In this document: positions 1 to 13,397 of the stretch, in pieces
How positions within the stretch are numbered: the stretch's first letter is position 1
Layout: each line of letters begins with the position of its first letter
Source of the DNA: Eledone cirrhosa
Lineage: Eukaryota
Length of the DNA: 64,000 nucleotides
Direction of reading: 5' to 3'
NCBI GenBank assembly: GCA_964016885.1
Contig: OZ024741.1
Span: 344,782,001-344,846,000 of the forward strand
Made by a program: the position numbers and the translations under genes
The notes under the pieces: generated by a model
Seen by the model: only the letters and a program-made list of their open reading frames with translations
Told to the model about the DNA's origin: nothing
Database searches by the model: none

Positions 1-113
1 TTTATTACTCCAGTGTAGACCACACTATATTGCACACACAACACACCTCAGTACACTTTACTATGACCGCGCACTACGCCAACATTCTTTCCATCTATTC
101 CTTATAGTGTTAA

Positions 114-799
114 TCCTTTAACATTTACATTACTCTATATTTAATCTAATAATGACAATGAAATTATTGTGTACAGAGCTCAGGTGCACTACAACTTATC
201 AAAGGTGCATGTATAGTATGTAGAATAACGTACAAATGTCAGGAAAAGGAACGTGTACATGTGTATGGAGGTGGGATATCAGGTATAGTGTTGGTGAATT
301 TCAGGAAGCATGGAGGTTTTAAAGGATGCAGTGTCCCGACAGCTAACAACTGTTGCAAGTAGTTTGTTCCATGCTTCAGCAACTCTGTCGTGAAAAAATG
401 TTTCCGAAAGTCATGGGAGCTGTGCTGTTTTCTGATTGTGTGGGCATATCCATGGGTGTGAGACACATGGAAATCAAACAGGTGCTCAGGGTTGTTGTAG
501 GCAAATGGTTAATAATTTTGTGGGTGTTTACCAAGTCAGTTGTCAGATGTTGGAGCTTCAATGTATCGATGCCCAGGGAAGCAAGGCATTCAGAGTATGG
601 TAGATGCCTTACTATTGTATTTTCACAGTTAAGGCTTTACTTCACATAATTATCTCACATAATATCGAATCTATGACATTTTGATATTATTTATTTTGAG
701 AATACTATCACATAAGTATGAGTGGCCAGTTATGGTCGGTTTGAACAGAAAGACCTGAGACAATTCTGGCCGGGTACAGCCAGTTTAAAAGTTAAAGGA
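114..799. mobile_element. piggyBac-type MITE (~220 bp) interrupted by a CR1 fragment
   Basis: TTAA flanks, degenerate CCCTTTAGCATTTA termini; internal sequence matches the copy at 52910-53130 either side of the insertion at ~142-610. Confidence 0.7.
142..610 (-). mobile_element. CR1-clade LINE 3' fragment
   Basis: Minus-strand translation across frameshifts gives LPYSECLASLGIDTL..DLVNTHKII..THGY..RKHFF..RVAEAWNKL..VVS..SFK, the CR1 ORF2 C-terminal pattern; (ATT)n-like tail; related copies at 12690 and 56630. Confidence 0.8.
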
Positions 800-1952
800 T
801 TAAAGAAAGAAAATAAAAGAAAAAAACAATGGAACTACACATTGGATAATGTATGTCTACGGTGGTTACTGCTGGAAAAACATTTGAATATAAGTCTACT
901 GGATTACGGCTGGCCTGGGGTTAAATGACAACAATAAGAAAAGGAGCAACAACAACAAGGGAGCCTCTAGCATGGCTACCTGATTTGCTAGAAGCAACAC
1001 CCAAAACTCCCTCAAAACACACTTTACCATTATTTCTAGACATGGCTAGAGCATCTTTTGAGAAAAGAACAACACCAACAGAAAAATAGAACTACAATTA
1101 TAACAACAGTGTGGTATTGGTTCCAGCTCTGTGTAGTCTGAGTTCAAATCCTGCTGAGGGCAACTTTACCTTTCATCTTTGCAAATGTGATAAATAAAGT
1201 ACGGCTCCAGGGTAGTGGATTGGCAGGGATGACTTGTGTCGGTTCCAGCTCTTTGCATTCTGAGTTCAAGTCTCATTTTGGGCAGTATACTACTTGAATA
1301 GTAGATAAACACTGAATCCATTGCCTGGTTTTTCACTATCAACACCTGACTGCTTAGGATAGTTTCAGTATAGTCCACTCCTGTTGCAGGCATTCACATG
1401 AGATTTGTGGCTTTAGAATACCTTCCTCCTTCCATCCCACCAATGTCAGAGGCCCTGAAAAGGATCATGGTCACTGCCATTTCCTTCCTGACTAAACGGT
1501 TAAAAAAATGGTGAAAGTATTACTACAGAGGATAGCCAGTGACACCCACAGCAATAGCCACTTCTTCTCAAGGGGCTCCTTCATCAGGCAGGCTGCAGTC
1601 TTCCTGATATTGCTGAGGAAAACATTAGTTCGGGGACTGAGGGTAGACAGTCTTGATGGTGACTGATACAAAAAGGAAGTGGTCAGTTAAGTCCTGGTAT
1701 TTGGTTGTCTTCCTCTTCATTGCATTGAGGGCAGCAGTACCCAGGTTAGTGGCCGAAGCAACAAGGTTGTAGTTATATGATCAAAGGGATACCAGCCATA
1801 GCTATTCCAACATTTTTCCTGCTAGTACATATATGACAACAATATCAAATGCTTCCTTGCCTTTATTACAATTGTGGTACATGGTATGGAAGCTATTTAG
1901 TGTGCTATTTTTTGCAGACTGAGTGACCACATTGAAGCTTTCTCATTGACCA

Positions 1953-2440
1953 GTGGTGTGGTGAAGTGTTCTGTGGTATTGTGTGGTGTACAGTGGTATA
2001 ATGTTATGTGGTGTGGTGTTGTGTGATGTGGTGTAGTGTGGTATGTTGTGGTATACAGTTGTGTGGTGTAGTGTGGTATGTAGTGGTAATGTGTGGTTTA
2101 GTGTAGTGTTGTGTAATATGATATAAGTGTTGTGTGATGTAGTATGGTATAAATGTTATGTAATGTAGTGTAGTGTTGTATAGTGTGGTGAGGTCTAGAG
2201 TGGTGTACTGTATGTGTAGTTTTATGTAATGTGGTATAATGAGGAGTGATATTGTTTGTGGTCGTGGAGTATAGTGGAGTATACTGAGGTGTGTTGTGTG
2301 TGCAATATAGTGTGGTGTACACTGGAGTAATAAAGGTTGTTGTAGTGTTGTGTGATGTACTGAAGTGTGATGTGTTGTATGATGTGGTGTAATGTGGTAT
2401 AACATAGTGAAACACTATAGTGAAATCTGAGTGTGATGTT
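1953..2440. repeat. degenerate pentamer repeat (GTGTG/GTGTA)n
   Basis: Visible 5-bp periodicity; explains the His/Thr ORFs at 2004-2415. Confidence 0.85.
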
Positions 2441-2686
2441 AGGTGAAAAATGTCTATATTTCTTTGAAATTCACTAGAAATATTTTATTCATTTATTGAC
2501 ATATTTTAATGTAAAGTCTCATTCATCTAAGTTTTTTTTATATTTATTCTAGAATTTTACATCCAGTCATTCATCTATCCATCATCTATCTAGCTATCTA
2601 TCTGTCCATCTATCTTTTATCTATCCATCTATCTCTCCAACTATCTATCTATCTAGCTATCCATCCATCCTCTCTCCCTCTCTTTT

Positions 2687-2732
<46 letters not shown>

Positions 2733-2856
2733 CATGGAAGATGGACATTAAATGATGATGATATATATATATATATATGTATTCTTTTTTTTTCATTCTA
2801 ATTTATATTTAGTTTGTTCACCATCTATATCTACATTTCTTTCTACATACATATTT

Positions 2857-2931
<75 letters not shown>

Positions 2932-3102
2932 CATACATATTTCGTACTCTCTATATCTGTCACTCCTTTTCTTTCTCTCATTATTATATTCCAGTTGTTT
3001 CATTTAACATAATTTCACATCGTTTGCTTTACTTATTCATGTCTTTTTTTAAATTTTATTTTATTATATATACAAATGTATATATATATGTATGTATGTA
3101 TG

Positions 3103-3137
<35 letters not shown>

Positions 3138-3470
3138 ATGTATATAAACCCATGCTAGCGTTGAAGATAGACGTTAAACGATGATGATGATATGTATGTA
3201 TATGTATGTATATATATATATATGTATGTATATATATATATATATATGTAATAATAATAAAATTGAAGACTAAAATCCAAATAATAAATATATATATATA
3301 TATATATGTATATATATGTAGGAGGTGAGTTTTATTGTAGTACAATAAAGCAATGCAGATATCGAATAAGAAGCACTCAACAGTTTGTAGGACTGGAGTT
3401 TTAAATCAACATATGTTGATTTAAAACTGCACTATCCACAAGTGTTTTTAACCTTCATATCATGTCTTCC

Positions 3471-3541
3471 TATTTTATCTGATGAAAACACAAATATTAT
3501 TGCATGATAATATTTGTTTTTGAAATGCGCATAATAAAATA
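3471..3541 (+). ncRNA. minimal type I hammerhead ribozyme motif
   Basis: TATTTTAT-CTGATGA-long stem II-GAAA-TGCGCA-TA-ATAAAATA: 8-bp stem I, intact core, palindromic stem III; second copy at 44091. Confidence 0.85.
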
Positions 3542-3637
3542 CATGGAACTCTTTTAACCATCTTTTGTTCTTATATATTATGTATATATATGTATGTATA
3601 TATATATATATATATGTATATATATGTATGTATGTAT

Positions 3638-3905
3638 CAGGGGCGAAGGGTGCGTGCATGCATTATAGAATCTTGATTTGATTAATTGTGTCGGTTGAAG
3701 CAAGCAGAATTTTGGCTGCTTACTAAATCGTAGACACATAAAAAGATCACACACACACACACACACTAGATAACACTACATGCGGCTTTGACCGGGAGGG
3801 TCATTTAGAGGGAATTGGGGGGGGGGGGGTAAGGGTGCACAGCCCCACTTTCCGCCATGGCGATTGGACTGCATGCCCTGCTTTCCAGGTTACCCTTCGC
3901 CACTG
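3638..3905. mobile_element. hAT-type MITE
   Basis: TIRs CAGGGGCGAAGGGT / ACCCTTCGCCACTG; 8-bp flanks GTATGTAT on both sides (within microsatellite, so the TSD is weak evidence). Confidence 0.7.
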
Positions 3906-3956
3906 GTATGTATGTGTATATGTATGTATATGTATGTATATCTGTGTATTTGTATG

Positions 3957-3988
<32 letters not shown>

Positions 3989-4060
3989 TGTATATGTATG
4001 CATATGTATGTATGTATGTATACATATATATATGTATATATATATATATATATATGTATG

Positions 4061-4093
<33 letters not shown>

Positions 4094-4266
4094 GTATGTA
4101 TGTATATATATATATGTATGTATGTATATATATATATATGTATGTATATATATATATATGTATGTATATATATATATATATGTATGTATATATATATATA
4201 TATATGTATGTATATATATATATATATGTATGTATATATATATATATATATGGATGTATATGTATG

Positions 4267-4301
<35 letters not shown>

Positions 4302-5162
4302 GTATGTATATATATATATATATGTATGTATATATATGTATATGTATGTATATATATATATATATGTATGTATATATATATATATATATGTATGTATATG
4401 TATGTATATATATATATATGTATGTATATGTATGTATATATATATATATATGTATGTATATATATATATATGTATGTATATACATACATATATATATATA
4501 TACATGATGATGGCTGCCAACTCGTTTTCGAGTACGGCCATTATTTTATATCCATGTAGGAGAACCCCTACCGAAGCGCTGAACGAGTGTGACTTTTTAG
4601 TCCAGCCAGCGACTTGAAAACTCTGGTACAAACACTACACTTGTGACAATTATTGACACATAGTGCTGGGCCCATGGTACCATGTGAGGACAAGTGCAGA
4701 GAGATCTCCAGATATAAAGCAATGCCTGTGCCGTGAAGCTTTTATAGTGAGCAAAGGCACTGCACAAAGCCAGTCCCACTCTCTTAACCAAGATGATATT
4801 TACCAAAAAGAAGAACAAGTCAACATCATTGGATACCATCAGGGTTGCAGGTGTTATATCAGAGTTTTCCTTCTCCTAGAATTCTGCCTTGACAAAGGCT
4901 AAGGGGTCATCTCTCCCGGTGATTTTGGATGGCCATATATATATACATACATGCATATATATATACATACATATATATATATATATACATACATATATAT
5001 ATATATATATACATACATATATATATATATACATACATATATATATATATACATACATATATATATACATACATATATATATATACATATACACATACAT
5101 ATATATATATATATATACGTATGTATATATATATACATATATATATATACATATATATATAC

Positions 5163-5198
<36 letters not shown>

Positions 5199-5338
5199 TA
5201 TGTATGTATATATATATATATATGTATGTATATATATATATGTATGTATATGTATATATATATATGTATATGTATATATATATATGTATGTATATGTATA
5301 TATATATATGTATGTATATGTATATATATATATGTATG

Positions 5339-5401
<63 letters not shown>

Positions 5402-5441
5402 ATATATATATATGTATATGTATGTATATATATATGTATGT

Positions 5442-5496
<55 letters not shown>

Positions 5497-5786
5497 TATG
5501 TATGTATATATATATATGTATGTATATATATATATGTATGTATATATATATATGTATGTATATATATATATGTATGTATATATATATATATATGTATGTA
5601 TATATATATATGTATATGTATATATATATATGTATATGTATATATATATATATGTATATGTATATATATATGTATATGTGTATATATACATATGTATATA
5701 TGTATATATATATGTATATGTGTATCTATATGTATATATATGTATGTATATATATATATATGTATATGTGTTTCTGTATGTATATG

Positions 5787-5818
<32 letters not shown>

Positions 5819-5868
5819 TGTGTGTATATGTATATATATGTATGTGTATATGTATATATATGTATATG

Positions 5869-5900
<32 letters not shown>

Positions 5901-6054
5901 TGTGTATATATATGTATATATATGTATATATATATATATGTGTGTATATGTATATATATATATATGTGTGTATATGTATATATATGTATATATATGTATA
6001 TATATATATATGTGTGTATATGTATATATATATATATACATAATATATATATAT
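3906..6054. repeat. long compound (TA)n/(TATG)n microsatellite interrupted by an element at 4505-4935
   Basis: Direct inspection. Confidence 0.95.
4505..4935 (-). mobile_element. non-autonomous RTE derivative (RTE-like 5' UTR joined to the 3' end)
   Basis: Minus strand has RTE 5'UTR-like AGCCTTTGTCAAGGCAGAATTCTAGGAGAAGGAAAACTCTGA, a C-terminal zinc-finger remnant [17 protein letters not shown] and a CATCAT tail; near-identical copy at 14341-14738. Confidence 0.65.
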
Positions 6055-6109
6055 AATTGTGTCTTTTTTTTGCTTTGATCTTTCTTTATTCATTCATTCA
6101 TTCATTTTG

Positions 6110-8600
6110 TTGCTCAATGACAGAATTGTTAGAGCATCCTACAGAATACCATTGCTGCATTTGTTTTTTGTCATTACGTTTTGAGTTCAAATCCTACTGA
6201 AGTCATCTTTGCTTTACCTCCTTATGAGGATGATAAAATAAAATAACAGTAATGTACTGGGCTCGATTCAACTGACCCTGCCTTCTCTCCCCTTCAAAAA
6301 AAATACTGACCCTGTGCCTAAATTATATATTGTACTTGTGTACAACAAATATAGTGGTTGCGTAGGTGTTACAACAGAAAGCACCCAGTGCCCACTGTAA
6401 ATACCGTTGGCATTGGGAAGGGCATCCTGTAGAAACCAAACCAAAATACACATCCATATGTGCAAGACATGGTCACCTAGCCTGGCATTGGATAACTCGT
6501 TTAACCCATGCCAACATGGAAAAATGGATGTTAAACAGCGATGATGATGATGACAATATCCTATTGGCAGAGTCATTAGAACGTAGGATAGAATGCTTTG
6601 CGGTATTCGTTCTGGCTCTCTGAGTTCAAATCCTGCTGAGGTTAACTTTGCCTTTTATTCTTCTGGGTTTGAGGAATTAAAAATACCAGTCAAGTACTGG
6701 GGTTGATTTAACTGACTTTCCCTTACCTTTAAATTGCTGACCTTGTGTTTAAATCAGAAACCATTATTTTTTGTCTTATTTCTTCACACATTTTCTTTCA
6801 TTCAGACATTCATTTATTCTCCCAATAAATCATTCTTTAGTTTTAATTTTTTCCTCTTATTGTTGTTGTTGGTATTGTTAGTACTGTCGACTCCCAGAAT
6901 CGGTAGAGCATGAAACAAAATGGTTAATGGTATTTAGTTACAACTTTCTATGTTCTGAGTTCCAAATCCTGCCAAGGTCAACTTTGCCTTTCATCCTTCC
7001 AGGGGTCATTAAAATAATGTACCAGTTAAATACTGGGGTTGACATATTCGGCATTCCCCTTCTCCAAAATCTACCCTTTCCTTTGTTCATTTTCCTTCAT
7101 GTTTACTCATTTATTTACTTATGTGGGTGAACACAGCATGGCTGAATAGTTAAGAAGTTCACTTTGCAATCATAAGGTCTATGTTCAATCCTTCTGCATG
7201 GAATCTTGGGCAAGTACAAGTGTCATTTTTCATAGCTTCGTGTCAACCCGTAACTTGTGAGTGAAACCAGTTAGGTAGAAACTAGTTGGAAGTCCATTCA
7301 ATGGAAAGTACCTGTAATTCATAGGGCCCAGCATTGTCAAACTGTGTTACATGGAATTGCCTTGTGATTTACATTAAGGGTACATGTGTCTGTGGAATGC
7401 TCAGCCACTTATACGTTAATTCCAACGAGAACTACTCTTGAAAATTGATAGAGTTCTATCTTTTGTTTTTGTTTTCTTTTAATATGATTACATATTCATT
7501 TGTCATTTTCTTTTCTTTATTAATTTTTCCATTCACTTGAGGCACCAGATTGGCAGAATCATTAAAGTATTGGACAAAATGCTTTGCATTAGTTAGTTAC
7601 AGTCCCTTATGTTCTGAGTCCAAATCTCACCTGGTCAATTTTGCCTTTCATCCTTGTGAGAATCAATAAAATATAGTACCAGTCAAGAAGTGGGATTGAT
7701 TTAATCAGCTTAACACTTTTCCCAAAAATTGCTGGCTTCGTGTCTATGATAGAAAGAATTTTTTCCTTCAGTATATTTATTCAATTTTTCCATTGTTCAT
7801 TTACTCGCTTTTTCATTTCTATGTGTGTTAATTATTTCTTTTTCTTTTTTTCATTTCTTTCATTTCTTCATCAATTAATTCCTTCCTTTTCTTCACAATC
7901 CTCTTACTTTGTTTTATTTTTACTTTGTTCACATTTTTCATTTTTTCTTCACTCACTCTTTATATTATTTATATACACATAAAAGCAGTATATTAGCACC
8001 ATTAGTAGAACATTGGACGACATGCTTTGTGGCATATAGTTACGTACCTTTATGTTTTGAGTTCAAATCCTACTGAGTTTAGCTTTACCCTCCATCCTTA
8101 TGGAGTTCAATGAAATAAAGTTATAGTAAAGTATTAGGGTCACATTGCTGGTTTTGCACCAAATGTAGAAAGAATTATTTATATTCACATGAGCGTAGTG
8201 GATTGACAGAATTGTTAGAGCATTGAACAAAAGGCTTTGCAGTATTTGTGTTGGGATACGTTCTGAGTTCAAATTCAACCTAGATCAACTTTGCCTTTCA
8301 TCCTTTGAGGGTTGATCAAATATCAGTTAAGTACTGAGGTCGATTTAGTTGACCTTTCCCTCAAATTACTGACCTTGGGCCAGTGTTAGAAAGAGTTGTT
8401 TACATTTATGTTTACAAGAGGGCAGTGGATTGGCAAAATCATTAAAGCATTGGACAAATACTTAAGAGTGTTTATTCAACTTCTTTATGTTCTGAGTTCA
8501 AATCGTGTCATGGTCAGCAGTTAAGAACTAGGTTCAATGTAATCAACTCCTCCTCACCATAAAACTTTGGTCTTATGCCTAAATTAGAGACTATTATTTA
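6110..8600 (+). mobile_element. cluster of about 7 diverged tRNA-derived SINEs (family A)
   Basis: Repeated TGGCAGAAT..TAGA (A-box-like), TGAGTTCAAATCC (B box), CTTTGCCTTTCATCC..GATAAAATAAAGTACCAGT body. Confidence 0.8.
7125..7425 (+). mobile_element. tRNA-derived SINE family B (CORE-like domain)
   Basis: tRNA-like head TGGCTGAATAGTTAAG..GTTCAATCC followed by CTTGGGCAAGT. Confidence 0.55.
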
Positions 8601-8788
8601 TATTCACAATTAGGATCCCCAACATTCATACAATTTTCTCCCAAATTTATGTAAGAATACATATATAATTAAAAATATATATATATGTATTGTCTATATT
8701 GTTTATATTGTTCAATGTGTCCTTTGTAAAATTTTAACTCTGCAATGATTTAGCAGTAAATATTTAGAAACATTAAAAAAAAATGTAA

Positions 8789-9006
8789 TCCTTTAGCATT
8801 TAAACCAACTGTATCTGGCCAGAATTCTCTCACCTTTTTCTGTTCAAACCAGCCATAATCGACTGCTTATACTTATGTTAAGGTATTGTTCTCAAAATAA
8901 ATATCAAAATCTCATAGATTCGGTTTTAAGGGAGATAATTATCTGAAATAAAGTGTTTTCTGTGAAAATACAATTGCAAATATAGAGTAATGTAAATGCT
9001 AGAGGG
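8789..9006. mobile_element. piggyBac-type MITE
   Basis: TCCTTTAGCATTTA...TAAATGCTAGAGGG-TTAA; homologous to 35084 and 61230. Confidence 0.75.
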
Positions 9007-9174
9007 TTAAATATTTATAGTATTTTTGCTAATGATATTGTGAAAATTTACTGTAAACTAAAGTAAGGACTTCAATTTTTTCATGTGATGCAATCATAGA
9101 ACTGCTCTGTATTTTTCAAGAATGTTTTGCTAATGCGATTTCAGGACATTGATAGTTAAAGAAAAACAAAAACA

Positions 9175-9836
9175 TAATAATTGTCTAGTTTAGGCACAAG
9201 GACAGCAATTTTGGGACAGGGGAAAATCTATTAAATCAACCCTAGTGCATTACTGGTACTTTATTTGATCAATCCTGTAAGGATGAAAGGCAAAGCTAAC
9301 CTCGGCGGGATTTGAACTCAGATCGTAAAGGGGCGTAATCCTATGCCATAAAGCCTATTGTCCAACACTCTACCGATACTGCCAATCTATGAGCCTAATA
9401 TATAAAATAATGATTTCTAGTATAGACACAAGGCCAGTAATTTGGGGGGAGGGAAAAGTCAATTAAATCAACTCCAGTACGTTACTGGTGCTTTATTTTA
9501 TTGACCCCGTAAGGATGAAAGGCAAAGTTAACCTCGGCGGGATTTGAACTCAGACTGTAAAGGACCGAAACTCTTTGCTGTAAAGCATGGTGTCTGACGC
9601 TCTACTGATACTGCCAATCCACTGCCCTAACATATTGCTTCTAATTGTTTCTACTTTTGGCACGAGGCCAACAATTATCCCAGTACATTACTGGTACTTT
9701 ATTTTATCGACCCCGTAAGGATGAAAGGCAAAGTTAACCTCAGCGGGATTTCAACTCAGATCATAAAGGGCTGTAACTCTATGCTACAAAGCATGGTGTC
9801 CGACTCTCTACCGATACTGCCAATCCACCGCCCTAA
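9175..9836 (-). mobile_element. three head-to-tail family A SINEs
   Basis: Three reverse-complement copies (AAGGATGAAAGGCAAAG..GGATTTGAACTCAG..GATACTGCCAATC). Confidence 0.85.
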
Positions 9837-10199
9837 CATATAAAATAATGAAGTATGAAAGAGAAATGTTTAGTGAAAAGATTTATTGAGACGCTTATAA
9901 CAAAGAAACATTTACTGACTTTTATACATTTATAAGATTGAAATAAATAAATAATGAAATAACTTCAATGCAATTAATAACTTTTAAATATTTATAAGAA
10001 AGACTGAAAGTCATAAAATAATGTAATGTGAAAGTACTTGGAATTCTTATCTTTGCTTACAGTCTTTTACTCTTGTTTCAGTCATTAGACTGTGGCCATG
10101 CTAGGACTGCCTTGGTTTAGTCAGTCATATCGACCCCAGTACTTAAAACATTAAAACATTAACTGGATGAGCACTTAATACTTGTAGGTAGAGTGTAAA

Positions 10200-10575
10200 T
10201 TTTATGACTGACTAAGACTAAGGTTCTAAAACTAAGTTTAAGACTAAAAATAGAATTAAAATTGAGATTAAAACTAAGATTAAAACAAAAACTAATATTA
10301 AGACTAAGACAAGGATTAAAACTGAGATTAAAACTAAGATGAAGACTATGACTAAAATTATAAAATTAAGATGAAACCCAAACTGAGAATAATACTAAGA
10401 CAGATTATAAAATCAAGATTAAAACTAAGATTAAGATAAAAACTAAGACTATGACTAAAATTAAAACTAATACTAAGATTTCAAAGATTAAGACTATGAC
10501 TAAGACTATGACTAAAAATAAAACTAAGACTGAGATTAAAACTATGACTAAGATTAAAACTATGGCTAAGACTGT
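10200..10575. repeat. degenerate hexamer repeat (ACTAAG/ATTAAA)n
   Basis: 6-bp periodicity. Confidence 0.85.
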
Positions 10576-10864
10576 AATTTCTTCAATTCTCCATTAATAC
10601 TTTATATTTAATTCATTCCGTTTCATTCAAAACTTTATAGATTGTTTGTTATTCCTTATATTTTCTTCATTTATTCTGTTACATTTTCTTTCATTTTTCA
10701 AAGAATAAATTCTTTCAGCATTTTTTTTTTATACTTTCCTTATTTTATTCAGTATGTATTTTATTTATTTATTCTTTCCTTATTTTATCCAATATGTATT
10801 TTATTTATTTATCTATTTATTTTGCTCATTCATGTTATTCATCATAATCAGTAATTATATTACT

Positions 10865-11230
10865 TCTTCATTAATTCCTTCATCTCTCATTCTTTAATTC
10901 ATTCATCTCTCATTAATTAATTAATTCATCTCTCATTCATTAATTCATTCATCTCTTATTCATGAATTCATTCATCTCTCTTTCATCAATTCATTCATTA
11001 ATTCATTCATCCCTCGTTCATTAATTCATTCATTAATTTATTCATCTCTCATTCATTCATTTATTAATTCATTCATCTCTCATTCATCAATTCTTTCATT
11101 CATCAATTCTTTCATCTCTCATTCATTAATTCTTTCATCTCTCATTCATTAATTCTTTCATCTCTCATTCATTAATTCTTTCATCTCTCATTCTTTAATT
11201 CATTCATCTCCCGTTCATTAATTCATTCTG
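10865..11230. repeat. (ATTC)n-derived low-complexity minisatellite
   Basis: Repeated TCATCTCTCATTCATTAATTC. Confidence 0.85.
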
Positions 11231-11639
11231 CTATTCTTATATTCAATAATTCTATAATTATTCCATTCAAACATGTATTCCCTCTCTTTATCATTTCTTT
11301 GTTTTGTTAATTGATTTCATTATTCACAAATTTATTATTTTCTGTCTTTCATTTTATCCATTATTGATACATTTTTTTCGTTCTATTATTCACAAATTCT
11401 GCAATTATGTCATTCCTTTCACCAATTCCTTCAGACTTGTTAATTATTTGCTCTTTTATTCCATCTGTATATTCTGTCATTCCAACATTCAGTTATGACA
11501 ATACAAACAGATTGTAATTATTTGTTTGTTTAGTAATTTTGCTATTCACACCATCATTAATTCCATCCAATTTTGCCTTTTTTTATAAATATTTTTATGG
11601 GAATTGTTCTGATGAGCTTTCCTCTTTGTTGCCTCTTCA

Positions 11640-11880
11640 TGAGCTAAAACAGAGCACTGAATTAGTGGCTAGGTTTCATCCGTTTACTGTTCCAGCCTGT
11701 GGCGTTTGAGACATTTAGTGGAGCTGGGCCGCTGACAGCGAAGTGTTATCACTGGCAGCTTGCCTTACTGAGGTATCCGGTGATGTCCATGAGGCTGCCT
11801 AGTTGTTTCAACACCTTAGCCTCACCATCACCTGTGGCAATACTGCAATCGTATTGGCTTGCCTCAAAGTGATATGCGGA
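11640..11880 (+). pseudogene. C-terminal restriction-like endonuclease remnant of a CRE-like non-LTR retrotransposon
   Basis: Translation FQPVAFETFSGAGP..(frameshift)..EVSGDVHEAA*LFQHLSLTITCGNTAIVL fits the F.P.A.ET.G..G....GD.RE...LFQRLS..IQRGNA pattern. Confidence 0.65.
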
Positions 11881-12189
11881 CGATTGTCATACCTGGTGGT
11901 GAATTGGTGGTTGTTTTTGCTTCCCTTACCCCCTTTTTTCTTTTTATCAACATTATATTTGTAATATTTTTCTGAACGAATTGCGAGCAATTTATAATGT
12001 TGTTTACATATTTGCAATGTTATTTATACAACCATAAATAAAATCTTTCGTAGTTCCTAAATGAAATACAAGTGAATTGAAATTCTTAGAAAATGTAGAG
12101 AATCTTGAACGCAGAAAATAACTGTAAACACTGTTAATTGTTATAAAAAATAGCTTAGAAAATCTGGTAGAATATCTCTAAATGGAAAA

Positions 12190-12285
12190 AAATGGATTAG
12201 CAGCTACTACAGAGAATCAAACTCTTTACCTCTCAAATTCCAGATGAGCGCTCTGTACCGTTGAGCTAAATGACCCCTGACAACA
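12190..12285 (-). mobile_element. degenerate tRNA-like head of a repeat
   Basis: Minus strand GGGGTCATTTAGCTCAACGGTACAGAGCG..GAGTTTGATTCTC; similar sequence near 35000. Confidence 0.4.
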
Positions 12286-12689
12286 ATTATCACCTAAATA
12301 GAAGCTAGATGACAGCTTTTAAATGCATCATCATTTTAAAATAAACCATCGGAGGGATGAGTGGATTGAAATTCTTAGAAAATATAAAAAATCTCAAATA
12401 GAGAAAATAAATATAGACACTCCATAGATATATATAAGTATACATATGTATTCTTTTGGAGGTAGGGAAAGCTGATTAAATTGACCCTCAGTGCATTACT
12501 GGTACTTTATTTCATTGACCTCATAAGGATGAAAGGCAAAGCTAACCTTGGCAGGATATGAACTCAAAAAAGGGCTATTACTAAATGCTTCTAAGCACTA
12601 TTGTCAAATACCCTAATGATTCTGCCAATCCAACAAGGAGTAATATTAGGCAGGGAAGAGGAGGAGAAGCCCCCAAAAAACAATTCAAA

Positions 12690-12952
12690 TAATAATAATT
12701 ATAATGAAAATTATTGTGTACAGTGCTCAGGTGCACTACAACTTATCAAAGGTGCATGTATAGTACATAGAATATTCTACAAATGTCAAGAAAGTGAACA
12801 GTGTATGAGTCATGATATACACACAGATACATGCGTGCGTGTGTATGGAGGGGGAATATCAGGTGTAGCATTGGCAAATTTCGGAAAACATGGAAGTTTT
12901 AAAGGATGCAGTGTCCCAACAGCTAACAACTGATGCAGATAGTTTGTTCCAT
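12690..12952 (-). mobile_element. CR1 3' fragment
   Basis: Homologous to 142-370. Confidence 0.75.
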
Positions 12953-13397
12953 AACAAATGGAGAAATGTGTTAATGAAATCTCCATATATGCATTGACTG
13001 AATTGTATTATTAAGCAGTTTATATAGAGCTGTTTTTCCATGTCCAATTCCATTGCACAGTACGCTCTAGTATAACTTTGTAAGTGAAATTTTGTATACA
13101 TGTGTGTATATGTGAGTCTGTATCTGTATCAATGTTGGGATGGCCAATAAATCAATGAGTTGAACAAAAATATCTCGTTGTATTTAGTCTGTTGAGTTAC
13201 GTCCATTGGGAGGACTTAGCGATTTGATAAATAACGATGGAATCAATAAAATAAGTAACAAATCAAATGCTGTGAGAAGTGGTGGACGGTACTGCAGTAG
13301 AATCATCAAATCAACTAAACCCTTGAAGTCAGTGTCTGAGCATGGCTGCAGTCCAAAAGATGAAACCATTAAAGAAATAAAAGCAGAAGAAGAATAG

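Noticed and set aside
3801-6093. Many 200-400 aa ORFs rich in Y/I/H/M/C/V
   Set aside because: Translations of (TA)n/(TATG)n microsatellite, open in several frames on both strands.
11605-11655. CTGATGAG..AAAAC hammerhead-like string
   Set aside because: No GAAA, no convincing stem I or III, and it overlaps the CRE-like coding remnant.
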